This document shows positions 26,751 to 38,794 of a stretch of DNA of 64,000 nt, piece after piece. Position numbers and translations under genes: made by a program. Where the stretch lies: positions 116,002,001-116,066,000 of the forward strand of contig JANJGN010000001.1 in the NCBI GenBank assembly GCA_026770705.1, read 5' to 3'. This DNA comes from Isurus oxyrinchus. Taxonomy: Eukaryota. Within the stretch, counting starts at the first letter, position 1, and the number at the start of each line of letters is the position of its first letter. The notes beneath the pieces were generated by a model. The model did no database searches. It was not told the origin of the DNA and worked only from the letters and a program-made list of their open reading frames with translations.

Positions 26751-27322
26751 CCGTCTGGGTGTGATACTTGAAACCTTTTGACCTTGAGGCAAAAGCACCA
26801 TAGTTAAATTACATCTGACAGACTTTTTTGAACTGAATCTTGCTCCTGGCATTTATCAAATTCCTTCACTTTTAGTTTTATTTTAACTTTTATTTCCTTT
26901 GCCGTTCAGGATGTATAATGCTTTAGATGCTCTACCATTTCCCTTCATAAGAATATACTTAGTTTGTACCTGAACGCTGTCCGTTACACCATTACTACTT
27001 TACCCTGGAATTAGTTTTTCCAATCTAGCTGTTCTATATCCTCCTTAAATCATTGAAGCTAGCTCTCCCAATTTCACATTGCCCGGTACCTTGATTTCCT
27101 GGGCTATTTGTGGGATCAACACACAACGAGTTAAAACAGCTTTCTACAAAGCGTGTGATGTATTCTATTAGTGGGCCTAAGGCAAGGGTTTCTTCTTAAG
27201 ATTTGACAGTCTGGGAGATGTTTGTTTGGCCACTGGTGCTTATAGTAATAAACTGAAGTGCGACATGTAACCATGGTAACAGAATGATTGGAAGAAATTG
27301 TAAGAGGGCCTAATTGTATCTT

Positions 27323-27470
27323 GGGGGGAGCCGGTTAGCTCAGTTGGCTGGATAGCAAGTATGTGGTTTAGAATACCACTGACAGTGTAAGGATCAATCA
27401 CTATTGCGGCTGAGGTGAATTTGAAGCCTGCCTTCTTACCCTATCCTGTAGTAAAATCAGAGGCTAAGTC
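27323..27470 (+). mobile_element. tRNA-derived SINE fragment
   Basis: A-box TAGCTCAGTTGG and degenerate B-box GGATCAATCAC; no cloverleaf. Confidence 0.5.
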
Positions 27471-28026
27471 ATGGTTCTGTAACCCTGTGAGTAATTGAGG
27501 ATGCAAAGAGAGGAAATCTATCTTGCTGACTTCATGTTGTTATTCTGATGTCACTTTTGTGGGCAGAATTTTCCCGTCGTCGTGCAGGGGTGTAAAATGA
27601 CGCGTGGTGATGTTGGCCGAGCGTCCCGATGTCATCACGCGCTATCGCGATGTTTGGTTGGGCAGGCGATGATGTCCGACCTGCGGCCACCATTAATTAA
27701 CGGGCCACTTAAGGCCCTTAAGTGTTCAATTGACGTCGATTTATTGGCGCCCATGCAATCTTCGGGTCGGCGCAGTGGGCAGGTGGGTAGGACACATTTG
27801 TAATAACCTCATCCACGGGTGGGATAAGAGGGTTCACTGGGATCGTGAATGTGAACAGTCAAGAATTTGTTTGTGAAAGTTTAAAAAACTTACCTGTGTG
27901 AGCTGCAGTACTTCAGAATGCATACCAGCTGCTTTTTCTGGACTCTTAACTTTCAGGTCAGCACTCTGTAGGTGAGGAATCTTTTCTGGGCCTGTAGGTT
28001 TCAGGAAGCCTTCCCTTAGCCTGGGA

Positions 28027-29207
28027 ATGGGAGCTGAACTGTCCACTGGACGCAGCTCCCCTGAGGAGGAAGGGAGGGCTAGAAGGGGGAGAAGGCCAGG
28101 AGTGCACACTCAGCCTCCAGGGGTGCTACCTTTGGGAGGACAGGCACAGGCACAAGGGGTTGACCAAGGCAGAAGGGGCCGCAAAAAATGCCACTATCCT
28201 GCTGCCAGGGTATACAGGCGGCGAAGCAGCTACCTCAATATGTCTGAAGTGCAGTGCTGAAGGAGGCTCTGACTCTCAAGGGAGACAGTCAGCTCTATCT
28301 GTCAGATAATTGGGCCTGAGATTTCCCCTAACTGTATGCGTGAACATCCCTTGCCAGTGGCTCAAAAGGTCACAGCTGTCCTCAATTTCTATGCATCTGG
28401 CCCCTTCCAGGGGTTGGTGGGTGATCTTTGCTATGTCTCCCAAACAGATGTCCACATCTGTGTCAAGCCGGTGACAGACACTCTATTCAGGTGTGCATTG
28501 ACCTTCATCTACTACCGTTGGGATTGGGCAAGCCAGACGTAGTGAGCCAGAGGCTTCGCAGCCATTGCTGGCTTCCCCCGTGTCCAGGGTGCTATAGACT
28601 GTACACATGTGGCCATCGAGGCACCAACAGGTGAGCCCGGTGCCTTCGTCAACAGGAAGGCCTTTCACTCCATGAACGTGCAGATAGTGTGTGATCACAG
28701 GATGCTGATTCTACAAGTCTGTGCAAGGTACCCAGGCAGCTCCCATGACGCCTACATCCTCAGACACTCCCAGGTGCCGGGGCTGCTGGGAGACAAGGTC
28801 TATCCCCTCAGAAGGTGGCTCATGACGCCTCTCCAACATCCAAGAACAGAAGCTGAGCAGCGGTACAATGGGAACCATGTCTCCACAAGGGCTGTGGTGG
28901 AGAGGTCCATCAGTTTTCTCAAGATGCATGCCTGGACCACACAGGGGGCGCACTCCAGTACCCCCCAGATTCAGTCTCGGTGATAGTGGTTGCATGCTGT
29001 GCTCTCCACAATCTTGAGCTGGAAAGGGGGGATGCAGTGGACAAGGAAGATGTAGACACAGTGGCTGCGGCTGCACATGATGAGTCCAGCAGTGAGTCCG
29101 AGGATGAGCACACACAGGGAAATGCTGAGGAGGTAGACGCTGACCCGAGCATACTGCAGGGAGGCAGGGATACCTGGGAGGCTTTATTCTAATGAACCTT
29201 TAGCTAG
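28027..29207 (+). pseudogene. Harbinger (HARBI1-like, DDE) transposase with in-frame stops and deletions
   Basis: One frame 28027-28930: [81 protein letters not shown]. After a frameshift, IVVACCALHNL and an acidic tail. Confidence 0.93.
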
Positions 29208-29529
29208 CACACCATGTATGGTCCACCAGGGCTGCCAGTTCGACACTCGACACCTAAGTGCAAAATCTACCATGTTAGCATCAGTTACTAAGGGCATTGT
29301 TCATAAAGCTGAATATCCAAAAAATCACTCATTACAGTTTTAGAAACCATACAGATGCAGAATAAAAGAGTCAGCCTCAGCCATGGTGACTGACTTCAAT
29401 TTAATGTCTCAAACAAAGCAGCTTATTACAAAAAAAAGGCAAGAATGTTACAAATCAAATGAAGCCATAAGGGCCACATCTCGGGCCAACAAAAAAACAC
29501 CAATGAAAAACCCGTGGCATGCCTAAGGT

Positions 29530-31924
29530 GCCTTATGCTTTGGTTTCCAGGTGTTATGTCTTGGTGCTGCCCCATCGCTGGGAGTGGCATCTGAGACAGC
29601 CTACTGACTCTGCTGTCCTGTTGGCCTCGCTGACCTTGGTGGGCGTCCTCTGGCCTGTGGAGCCTGTGCTGGCCCCACCTGGGGGGGGAGCTGCCAGTTC
29701 CACAGTTGGGATCTCCTCAGTCGTTGCAGCCTCATTGGATGCTACAGTCACTGGCAGAGGGGTGGAGGAGTTGCCGCCCTCATCTGGAGCGCCCTGAGAG
29801 GAGCCCTGAGACGACAGGCAGCCACTGTGCCAATGTGAGGTTGCTTTGGACCTCCCTGCTCACCATGGATGGATGGGCACCGAGCTGGGAAACTTGATGC
29901 CCAGACTATCTCCCACACTGGCATGACCATCTGAGGTCAATGCCAATGTGAGGGCTTGCTGGTCAGACCGCATCTCCAGGAAGGCCTGGAGCAGGGTCTC
30001 TACGAGAGTCGCCACTCTCTCCATGGAGGACGCATGGTGTTCGGACATGAGGCTCATTGCTTCAGCGAGCGTCTGCACAGACCCTTACACCATGGAGACC
30101 AAGCCAAGCATAGCCTCATGTGTCTCCCCCAGATGCTCCCGTGCCCCCGGCTGCATTTCCTGCAGCTGCTGCGTCGTGGACGGCTCCAGAGGCACATCAT
30201 CAGACACCGACTGAGCATGTGCCTGGTCCCTCTGCAGTCCTCTGACTGCTGGCGCCATGGGCACTCTCTATCGCTGCCAACTCCTCCAGCTGTGAAGTGC
30301 CCACACCGCTGTGCCCCGGGACACAAGCCGATGTTCTAATACCCACCGAGGTGCTAGTACTTGCGCTGGTGTCTGCCTGGCAGAGATGGTGTAACGCTGG
30401 TGAGACTTTGGGCCCCTCAGATGTGAAAGGAGGCCTCTGCTGCTCTTTCATCCGGCCCTGCTCTGGTAACGCTGAAAGGAAGAACAAGAACAATGGATCA
30501 CTTAAGGTGGAGACAATCACAATGTCCATCCCTGTCTCCCAGATCATTATGAGCTCATCCTTCCATAAGCAATGGTCAAGCCATGTTGCACAATTAAATC
30601 ATTTAACATTCAGCACTGCTATGGCTGTTGGGAGAACAATGCTGACCTCACTTTTGGGCATAAATGCCTGGCTGTGGCACCCCAACCTCACTGACACCAG
30701 TGGACCTGGGTGCATGGCACCTCTCCAAATCTCCTGCTCGAAACGACTTAGAATGGCGATCTGTGCCTGGCTGCCACCAGTCCTCGCATGCTCTGCCACA
30801 TTATGAGCATTCTTCTCCTGAAAATTAGAGAAGAGCATTGATTAGTGGAAACGGAACATGGACTCTTTTCGTGCTCACCCCAACCAGAATGGCAGAATAT
30901 CAGGGCTCCAGTACTTCCTCACCCTGCTGCTGCCAAACACTCACACAAAGATGCTGGGCCTGCTCTCCACCCCCACCACATTTTGGCCATATGCTGCCTA
31001 CATCACGTTAGGCACCGCATGGTATATCCTTCCATAGCAAGGAAGAGCAAGCTTGTGTAGCACAGAGTGCAGCAGAAGGTTCGTTGCCACACCACCTCGA
31101 AGCTCCCCTCCCACTATCTCAACACCCTGACTAAGACATGTCCTGAAGTTCTAACACAACATCTAGGTGCAGCTCCTCCAGGTTGCCCCCACACCAGTCA
31201 GGTGGGACTCAGTGTAACACATGCTGCGAGGGCAAAACACATTTCCTCATCACCCTCTCAGGCTGACCTCAGCATGGGCAAATTCTGCTGGCCCACCCAG
31301 AAAAGGACAAATGCAGTTAATGATTTAATGCAGAAACAACACTCGGAATGGGATTGGGGGGGAGGTGGTGGTAGCAGTTGGGGAGGCCGAACTGTTGGGT
31401 TAAATGCCCAATGCCAGCACGGTACTTATCCTGCAAGAGCGCAACAAGTTGTTGAAGTGCTTACGACACTAGATCCAGGTGCGCCGCACCACGTCACGGG
31501 AGCTCGACCATCTCCGCCATCTTCTCCCAGGCACGTTTGGTCATGTGGTGGGGCCTCCTCCTCCCATCCTGGGGGACCAGCACCTCCCGCCATGCTGCCA
31601 CCTCCTCGAGGAGGGCAGCAAGGCAATCATCTGAGAAATGAGGGGCACACTGGCCCCCCACCCTACCCTCCGGCCTGGCATGTCCACCTGCCCTACCCTC
31701 CGGACTGGCATGTCCACCTGCCCTACCCTCCGGCCTGGCATGTCCACCTGCCCTACCCTCCGGCCTGGCATGTCCACCTGCCCTACCCTCCGGACTGGCA
31801 TGTCCCACTGGCCTACCCTCTGGACTGGCATGTCCACCTGCCCTACCCTCCGGACTGGCATGTCCCACTGGCATACCCTGGCCTGCACACCAGAAGCCCT
31901 CTGCTGTGGCCTTGCATTTGCCAT
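29530..31924 (-). pseudogene. Harbinger Myb/SANT partner gene, three exons (about 31924-31430, 30817-30652, 30471-29530), frameshifted
   Basis: Exon 1 APHFSDDCLAALLEEVAAWREVLVP...RAWEKMAEMV...CRKHFNNL. Exon 2 after TTTTCAG: EKNAHNVAEHARTGGS. Exon 3 after CTTTCAG includes helical SMERVATLVETLLQ. Confidence 0.8.
31661..31880. repeat. 30-bp tandem repeat, about 7 copies
   Basis: Unit CCCTACCCTCCGG(C/A)CTGGCATGTCCACCTG. Confidence 0.95.
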
Positions 31925-32559
31925 TGTCAGCAGCCTAGAAAAGGCTGCCAGCTCTTCATTTAAACGGGCTGCCTGGTCGCCATTGGACCTGGCGGTCTGT
32001 CCACACCCGCCCCCGTCCGCCCACTCCCGCTATCCTCGGGAATCGAGAAATACGCTGGGCAGGCCTTAATTGGCCTGCCTGCATAAAATGGCGGTGCGGA
32101 CTTGACCGCGGGCGGCGATCAGGCCTGCAACTGCCCGTGCCTGTGCCTGCTCCCGCTCTGTTTCCCCGCCAAATGGAAAATTCAGGCCTATGTTTCTTTG
32201 GTGTGCTGTGACTCAGTGGTGGTATGCATGGAATGTAGAAACCAAAAGTAGAATTAGTATCACAGTTATACTGCAACCACAGTATAATGTATACATACAT
32301 ACTGGATTGTAGAGTGTGGTGTATCTGAATACTCATGTTGGATGGTGTAATATGAGCTCATTAAAGACCAATTCACACAAACTGAATTGTGTAGTGTGAT
32401 ATATCTGAGAGCACTTGCTGAATCATGTAGTGTGATGTTTCATTGTAGACCTGATTCTGCGATTGTTACAACTGCTGTGGTGTGTGTACTCTGGTGTTTA
32501 AAGTAATAAACCAAATAAGGATAAGAAAGTAGTCGAACACCCAGTTCAGCACTTTTATT

Positions 32560-32875
32560 GTTAATATTTTCTGGCCCACTTCCATAAATACTTTAAACCA
32601 ATTGATCGCTGGGCACTGTTATCTAGATGATCTCCTGCTATAACACACTCCATTTTCCCTACTTCATTTCCAGAACCAGATACTTCATGTTTCAATACTT
32701 CAGAACCAGATCCAAAGCTATTTTCTTCCTTGTTGGACTGGAGACATAATGATCAGCAAAGTGCTCCCGCACAAATTTCAGAAATTCTTTTCCTTTTCTA
32801 CCATTAGCACTATGTTTTTGTCTGTCTATATTAGGGAAACTAAAGTCTCCTAATATTATATAATGTTTTTTCTGG
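32560..32875 (-). mobile_element. CR1 endonuclease-region fragment
   Basis: Minus strand reads GDFSFPNID...EFLKFV, matching the CR1 APE motif GDFNFPNIDW. Confidence 0.6.
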
Positions 32876-32970
32876 TCCTAACAGGTTTGAGAGTCATATA
32901 ACCCGAGAATTACAGAAATAATGAGACCACACTCAAATGCTTCAGTTAACCATCAAAAAGCCTTTACTTA

Positions 32971-33150
32971 TTTTTTATTCATTCAAGGGATGTGGGCTTC
33001 ACTGGCTCGGCCAGCAGTTATTGCCCATCCCTAATTGCCCCTGAGAAGGTGGTGGTGAGCTGGGTCAGGATCCTGGAACTCCCTCCCTAACAGCATTGTG
33101 GGTGTACCTACACTACACAGAGTGCAGCGGTTCAAGAAGGCAGCTCACCA
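32971..33150 (-). mobile_element. HER1-type LINE tail with inverted 5' segment
   Basis: 32971-33062 is the tail on -; 33062-33150 is the immediately upstream LINE segment on +. Confidence 0.8.
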
Positions 33151-33268
33151 GCAAAGGAGGCTTTAATTAGGTGTCCACCAGCACCGGGGGGTTCTTTATC
33201 CCACTGACGGATCCAGGAGGTCTACCAATCTCACCTCTGGTCCCCTGCTCCCTACATGCCCCTGTACC

Positions 33269-34077
33269 ATGGTGGGCCTGGAGCTTCTCTATCACTCGGT
33301 GGCCCGGGACGTGGTCTCTCCCCAGGATGCCTTAATGTGCTATATCCACTGGGAGCTGCTAAGGGCCTGGGGACCGGGGAACAGTACTCGACTGATGAAA
33401 AGAAGAAAGAGCTGTTACCCACGGGCTCGAATGTCAATCAAGAGCTGTACACATTGCGGTATAGCTCGGATAATAATCAGAAAGTACTTCTGTTAAAGGT
33501 ATTCACTGTTGATTCCAGTCTGATAGTTAATGTGAGGAACTGCCAGTCTGAACAGGTTGTAGATTTGACAGTGCATTTAGATGGCTGCATCAGCTCAGGT
33601 CACCTGCAGCAATATGACAGAGTCTTCAAGAAGGAGGAGGAGTTGCAGAGTCATATTGAATCAACGGTAGGTTCTCCTTTAGTTGGCATGAAACAGAGGG
33701 CTGGAGGAGGGTCACAGAAAGGAAATAAACCAGTTTGTCCTGTTCCAGGTGCTCAGCCACACACAGACAATAACTCTCTCCATTCCACCCAATGCACCTC
33801 AGAGGCAGCCCCCCCTGGTCTGACCTTATGGCACTGTCTGTAACAGGAGGAGATGATCTCGACCCATTTGGTGATCGAAGAGGTTTATTGATTGTGGATC
33901 CTTTAAGGTCAGGATTACTGAATTCTGGCTTTGATCCTTCGTCGGGGATACCAGAGCAGCTTCCTCCCGGATCTGTCGCAGGCCAGGTTTGACCCATTCA
34001 GACCAGTTGGACTCAATCGTTTTAGCCCCAGTCCAGACCATCTTCCTCCTCCTGGATACGATGACTTGTTCATGTGA
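33269..34077 (+). pseudogene. PSMF1: Processed pseudogene of proteasome inhibitor PI31
   Basis: Intronless, across three frameshifts: MVGLELLY...QDALMCYIHWE, GLGTGE...ELLPTG...LYTLRY, PPWSD...GGDDLDPFG...IVDPLRSG...DPSSGIPEQLPPGSV, RFDPF...PDHLPPPGYDDLFM*. Colinear with vertebrate PI31 as I recall it. 3' UTR then AATAAA/poly-A at about 34506-34518. Confidence 0.93.
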
Positions 34078-36519
34078 TTTTTTTTTTCCCTTCCCTTCGG
34101 CTCCCTACTCTCTTAAAATAAGTTTAGTTATTAAATAAAAACCTCAGATGTAGGTCACAACTTGAGGAATCCTACGGGCTTCTCATCTTTTGGTTAAATG
34201 AATATTTTATGAAAAGTGTAACTTAGCCGCTTGCTCTGGTGTGTTCCTACCTGAAGATTAAAGCTTCAGCTGAACCGGTCTGCCTTTAGCAGTGGGTGTA
34301 GCTGATTAACTAAATAAGTGAAACTCTATAGAGCAGCCAAGTGTTTTATTGTCATGTATTTAACACATGTTTCCAATGAGGACGTTGACCATTCTCCTGC
34401 ACATTGTCATGGAGTTGTCACCATGCAATGTCTTTGAAGTAGGCTGCTGACATTAAATGCATATAGGGTTTGAGTTAAGTGATCTTGTTAGTAAGCTGAT
34501 GTGTAAATAAAAAAAAAACCTCAGCTCACCGGATAGGGAGGTAATGGTGAAGGGGTCAGCTCTCTGGGCAAACGCCACGCAGTGCAGGAAGAGGATGAAT
34601 GATCTCATCCGCATCGCCAGGGAAGTCAATCTACAGCTCACTCCAAACTCATGGTCTCATAATGGCATCATGCACTCAAAGCGTCACGCAGCTCAGGGAT
34701 CTCATGCAATATTAGCAGGGAAGACATCAGCATTGAAAGCCTATTCACCAGCCTCTCATCTATCATCCTACACAGCCAGCACCTTCAGCCCTTACTGTGG
34801 GGTGGGGAGGGCTCAGTACATGCAGGAGGCAAGCATGCTTCCCAAACTCTGCTCCATCCCTTCTCATCACATCCCATCCATTTGTTTTCATGCAGGCCGA
34901 GCTTGGCCACAACAAGAGAGAGAGAGAGAGTGAGATCCCAGACTGCAGGAGGAATAACCAACATTCAGGAGCTCTCCAAATTTGAGGAGCATGCTGCCAA
35001 ATTCGCAGGGGAGGACAGAGATTGCTGCTGTGGGGAAGGTGAGATCGGCCTCTCCCAGCAAGCCCTCTATGAGTTGATCACATCCTGATATTCACAGTGG
35101 GTGACATGCAATCTTGTATTTAGCCTGTTCATGAGCTAACTTTATCTTCTCTCTCTTACAGGCAGCAGCAGGCCCAGACAGACCAGTACATCCATCATAA
35201 ACCCCAACCCCCAGGCCACCTCAGAGGAGGAAGGTGAGAATCCATTTGAAGAAGCCAGTCACTGCGATCACCTGCACCCTCCACCAGCGCAAAGACACAC
35301 ACCCCGGTGGGTCACACATCTAGGTTAAGCACGGTGTCACATTCTGGTGAATCGCTCACTGACACATCTCCACAGCAGTGGGAGGCAGTGGCAGCCCAGG
35401 TCTCTAGCACTCGGAGGACTGCTGGAGAACAGGCACCCACTGAGTCTGAGTTAGATGATAAGCCTCTGGAAATGGCCACTACAAATATGCTGGAGTTGCA
35501 AATTCAGGCAGGGCGGAATATTAGGCAGTGTTGCGAGAGGCAGTCTGCAAACTGGAACGAAGGATGGAGCAGTCCGTCCGCATTCTGTCTGATGTCGTGG
35601 TTCCGACATGGGAAAGTGGCGGCTGCCTTGGAGACACTGGTCCAGCAGGTTCTGCTGTATTTGCACTTGGACCTGCTCTCCATCTCTCTAAGAATAGTGG
35701 CATCCATCAGTGGCTAGGTGCGAGGGGGTGTTGGATGCCTCGACCTCACTCCCAGTGCCCCTTCTCCTCAAGAAGCCAGGCAGGGGCCCTCGGCCACCCA
35801 CAGGGAGGAGGGCCATCAGTTGGATACCCTGGGGCCATCCGCCCAGGTGACTCCATGAGTGCTCTCCTGGATCAAGGACCTCAGTCCAGGGTTCCTCTCG
35901 AAGCTGGGCCAGGCGAGGCTGGGCCAATCTTCTCCTCCTCAATCAGAGCCATCAAGAATGCAGCATTGAGCGCAGCCTCCATCTTGAAATCCTCCTTCTT
36001 CCTGTGGACAGGGAGATCCAACTGATTAATGAGAAATGCCCAATTATAATAGACCTCCCATTCTGATCCAGAAAGCCACGGTCATGCCCTGGTGATGCGT
36101 CTGCACTCGCATTTCTCTGTTCCAGCTGTGTAGCTGAAGCACTACCTCACAGACCTAGGTGCCTAAGAAGCCATCTCAGCAACTACAGACCTCAATCTCA
36201 CTGGGGTTGGAAAGGCTTGAGCACAGCCATGCTATGTTCATCTTCACTGAAGACACTTACATGGTGCTTGATTTGATATGCTGATGATGCCAGGCTTGTA
36301 CTCCTGGAATGAGCGGATGCCCATTGACCCGTGAAACATGCCAATTGGACAATGCACTTTCCAGAGTTTCAGTGATCATCTTGCAGATATCCAGCAGCTG
36401 TGCTCCATTAATGATTGGCTGCACCGTCACTTCGCACATTCCTCTCTTTAAGTAATCACACTGCTCACCTTAAATATGATCCTAATGACTCTTGCAGTCT
36501 CACTTTAAAGCACACCAAA

Positions 36520-37190
36520 CATCCTGGGGTTTACCATTGACCAGAAACTGAACTGGACTAGGCATATAAATATAGTGGCTATAAAAGCAGGTCAGAGGCT
36601 AGGAATCCTGCGGCGAGTAACTCACCTCCTGACTCCCCAGAGCCTGTCCACCATCTACAAAGCACAAGTCAGGAGTATGATGGAATAGTCTTCACTTTCC
36701 TGGCTGAGTGTAGCTCCAACAACACTCAAGAAGCTTAACACCATCCTGGACAAAGCAGCCTACTTAACTGGCACCTGATCCACAAACATTCATTCCCTCT
36801 ACCACTGACACACAGTGGCAGCAGTGTGTACGAGGTGTACGATCTATAAGATGCACCACAGAAACATACCAAGGCTCCTTAGACAGCAACTTCAAAACCT
36901 CTGCCATCTAGAAGGACAAGGGCAGCAGATTCATGGGACCCCCACCACCTGGAAGTGCCCCTCCAAAGCACTCATCATCCTGACTTGGAAATATAATGCC
37001 GTTTCTTCACTGTTGCTGGGTCAAAATCCTGGAACTCCTTACCTAACAGCTCTGTGAGGGTAGCTACACCACTCGGACTGCAGCAGTTCAAGAAGGCAGC
37101 TCACCACCACCTTCTCAAGGGCAATTATGGATGGGAATTAAATGCTGGCCTAGCCAGCGAAGCCCACATCCCTTGAATGAATTTTTTAAA
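36520..37190 (+). mobile_element. HER1-type LINE 3' fragment
   Basis: Close paralog of 14888-15565, including the tail. Confidence 0.85.
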
Positions 37191-38757
37191 AAGTCAGTGG
37201 GTCCAAATCTACATTCTCAAAGTGTTCATGAGTTCTATCAGGTAAGACTTCATCTCCATGTTGCAATTCTAAGAAGTATGAGGCTGCCTCCTGCAAGGGC
37301 CCCTGAGTCCAGCCATGGGCTCCTCCAACACTGTCTCAGTCCCTTTCAGTGGGGAATATTTTCAATTTTAAACTGCATCATTACTTCGGGGTCTCAAGAC
37401 GGGGGTGCTGCATTTCTGCTTCACGACCAGATCCAACCCTTCCCCTGTTACTGTTCGCATCCCCCTGATTATTCTGGAATCCCACGATGTACAGGTAAAT
37501 CTCCCTCCAGTTATTATCCAGCCTCCACCTGTAACCTTGGATCCCATAGTTATTATTGTGGGCATTCCTGCCCGCCCCCCTAAACCCATCACTGTTGATG
37601 TCCCCATGCCCCATGTGGACCTCACCCCTCCTTGTTCTTGAGGCGGTGTGCATGGTGATATACAGAGGTGACCCCCCCTCAGAGAGGTTTGAGTACCCCC
37701 CCCCACCTTATTACCTTCTCCCCATTTGCAGACTGTAGATATTCCCCTGACCATGACCATCCCATCTGCAGTCCAGTATTGAGTCAGACATCCCCATCAC
37801 CACCAAGTGTGAGGCTATAATCATGCCCTGCACAATAAGCTGTGTCTGATCCCCACTGAACACACAGGCCTTGCCCCTCCCTGGAGCAGGACCATGATGT
37901 GGGTGCCATGCATAGCCCTGTAGCATGGCTTGTGAAGCATCAGGGCTGCCTTTAATGCCTCAACCTCACTGTGTGGTCCACGGAGCCCCAGGACTGCCTT
38001 TAATCTTTCACCCAGAGCTTTTGGCCTCATCCCTAGGCCATGGCTGTCTGCCACTCAGCTCCACGGTACCTTCAGGACTGACACCATCCATGAGTCTCTA
38101 TGTAAACCAACCCTCATATAAAAGCCTTCCTCCCCAACCACACCCATGAATCTCTGTGCAACCCTTCCCTCTTGTGCCACACTAACACCTTTCCTACTCT
38201 AGAAGCTGTGTTCATCCCCTCCCATTTCTGCCAACTGAATCCAATCTACACCCTTCTGTATCTGTGTTCTAGTTTTCCATGTTGGGCTCCAGCTTTCCCA
38301 ACCCCAATGTTCCCTCTGCCTGCCTTTGTTTCCCAACACCACCACCAACCCCCCAACCGCTCAACCAAGACCATCCCTACAGCCTTCATCCTCATGTCTC
38401 TTGTTGTTTTGCACCCCGAACCAGTCACCATGCTGGTCTCTGTTTTCGAGCACATTTCTGCCTGGGCCCCGAAGCACACCATGAGCTCTCTCCAGAAGAA
38501 GCACAACAACCACCGCGGGCAGCCCTACTGCACACCAGAGGCACCCACCATCAGGAGCCCAACCAGACACTCCCACTAGAGTCTGGCCTAACACTGTAGC
38601 TTTGACATACCTGATGACTTGGAGCAGTGCTGTTGCCGGTGGGCTTTGAATGTTCACTCACCTCAATGTTACAAGCAAAGTGTGGGTGGATAGTTGCAGG
38701 CCACTTATATCCGGTCATGTTTCAGACCTGTCTAATATCCGGCTGGCGTGGCACATA

Positions 38758-38760
<3 letters not shown>

Positions 38761-38794
<34 letters not shown>
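38761..38794 (+). repeat. Poly-G run (about 33-34 G)
   Basis: Direct reading; the same position in the paralogous end (near 14220) has shorter G runs. Confidence 0.9.

Larger units (their letters stand above)
27561..32188. mobile_element. Full-length, decayed autonomous PIF/Harbinger transposon
   Basis: TIRs GGGCAGAATTTTCC / GGAAAATTCAGGCC, flanks TGT/TAT. Convergent transposase (+) and Myb/SANT (-) genes. Confidence 0.93.

Noticed and set aside
27323-27420. tRNA gene
   Set aside because: Has an A-box, but the B-box is degenerate and there is no acceptor stem; it is a SINE head. The same applies to 8640-8725 and 40165-40250.
28027-29207. Domesticated HARBI1 host gene
   Set aside because: Multiple stops and frameshifts, and it is enclosed by TIRs with a Myb partner, so it is a transposon copy.
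31067-31963. Longest ORF (298 aa, +) as a novel gene
   Set aside because: Antisense to the Harbinger Myb gene and kept open by the GC-rich 30-bp repeat.
33269-34077. Functional PSMF1 gene
   Set aside because: No introns, three frameshifts, poly-A tail and a probable TSD.
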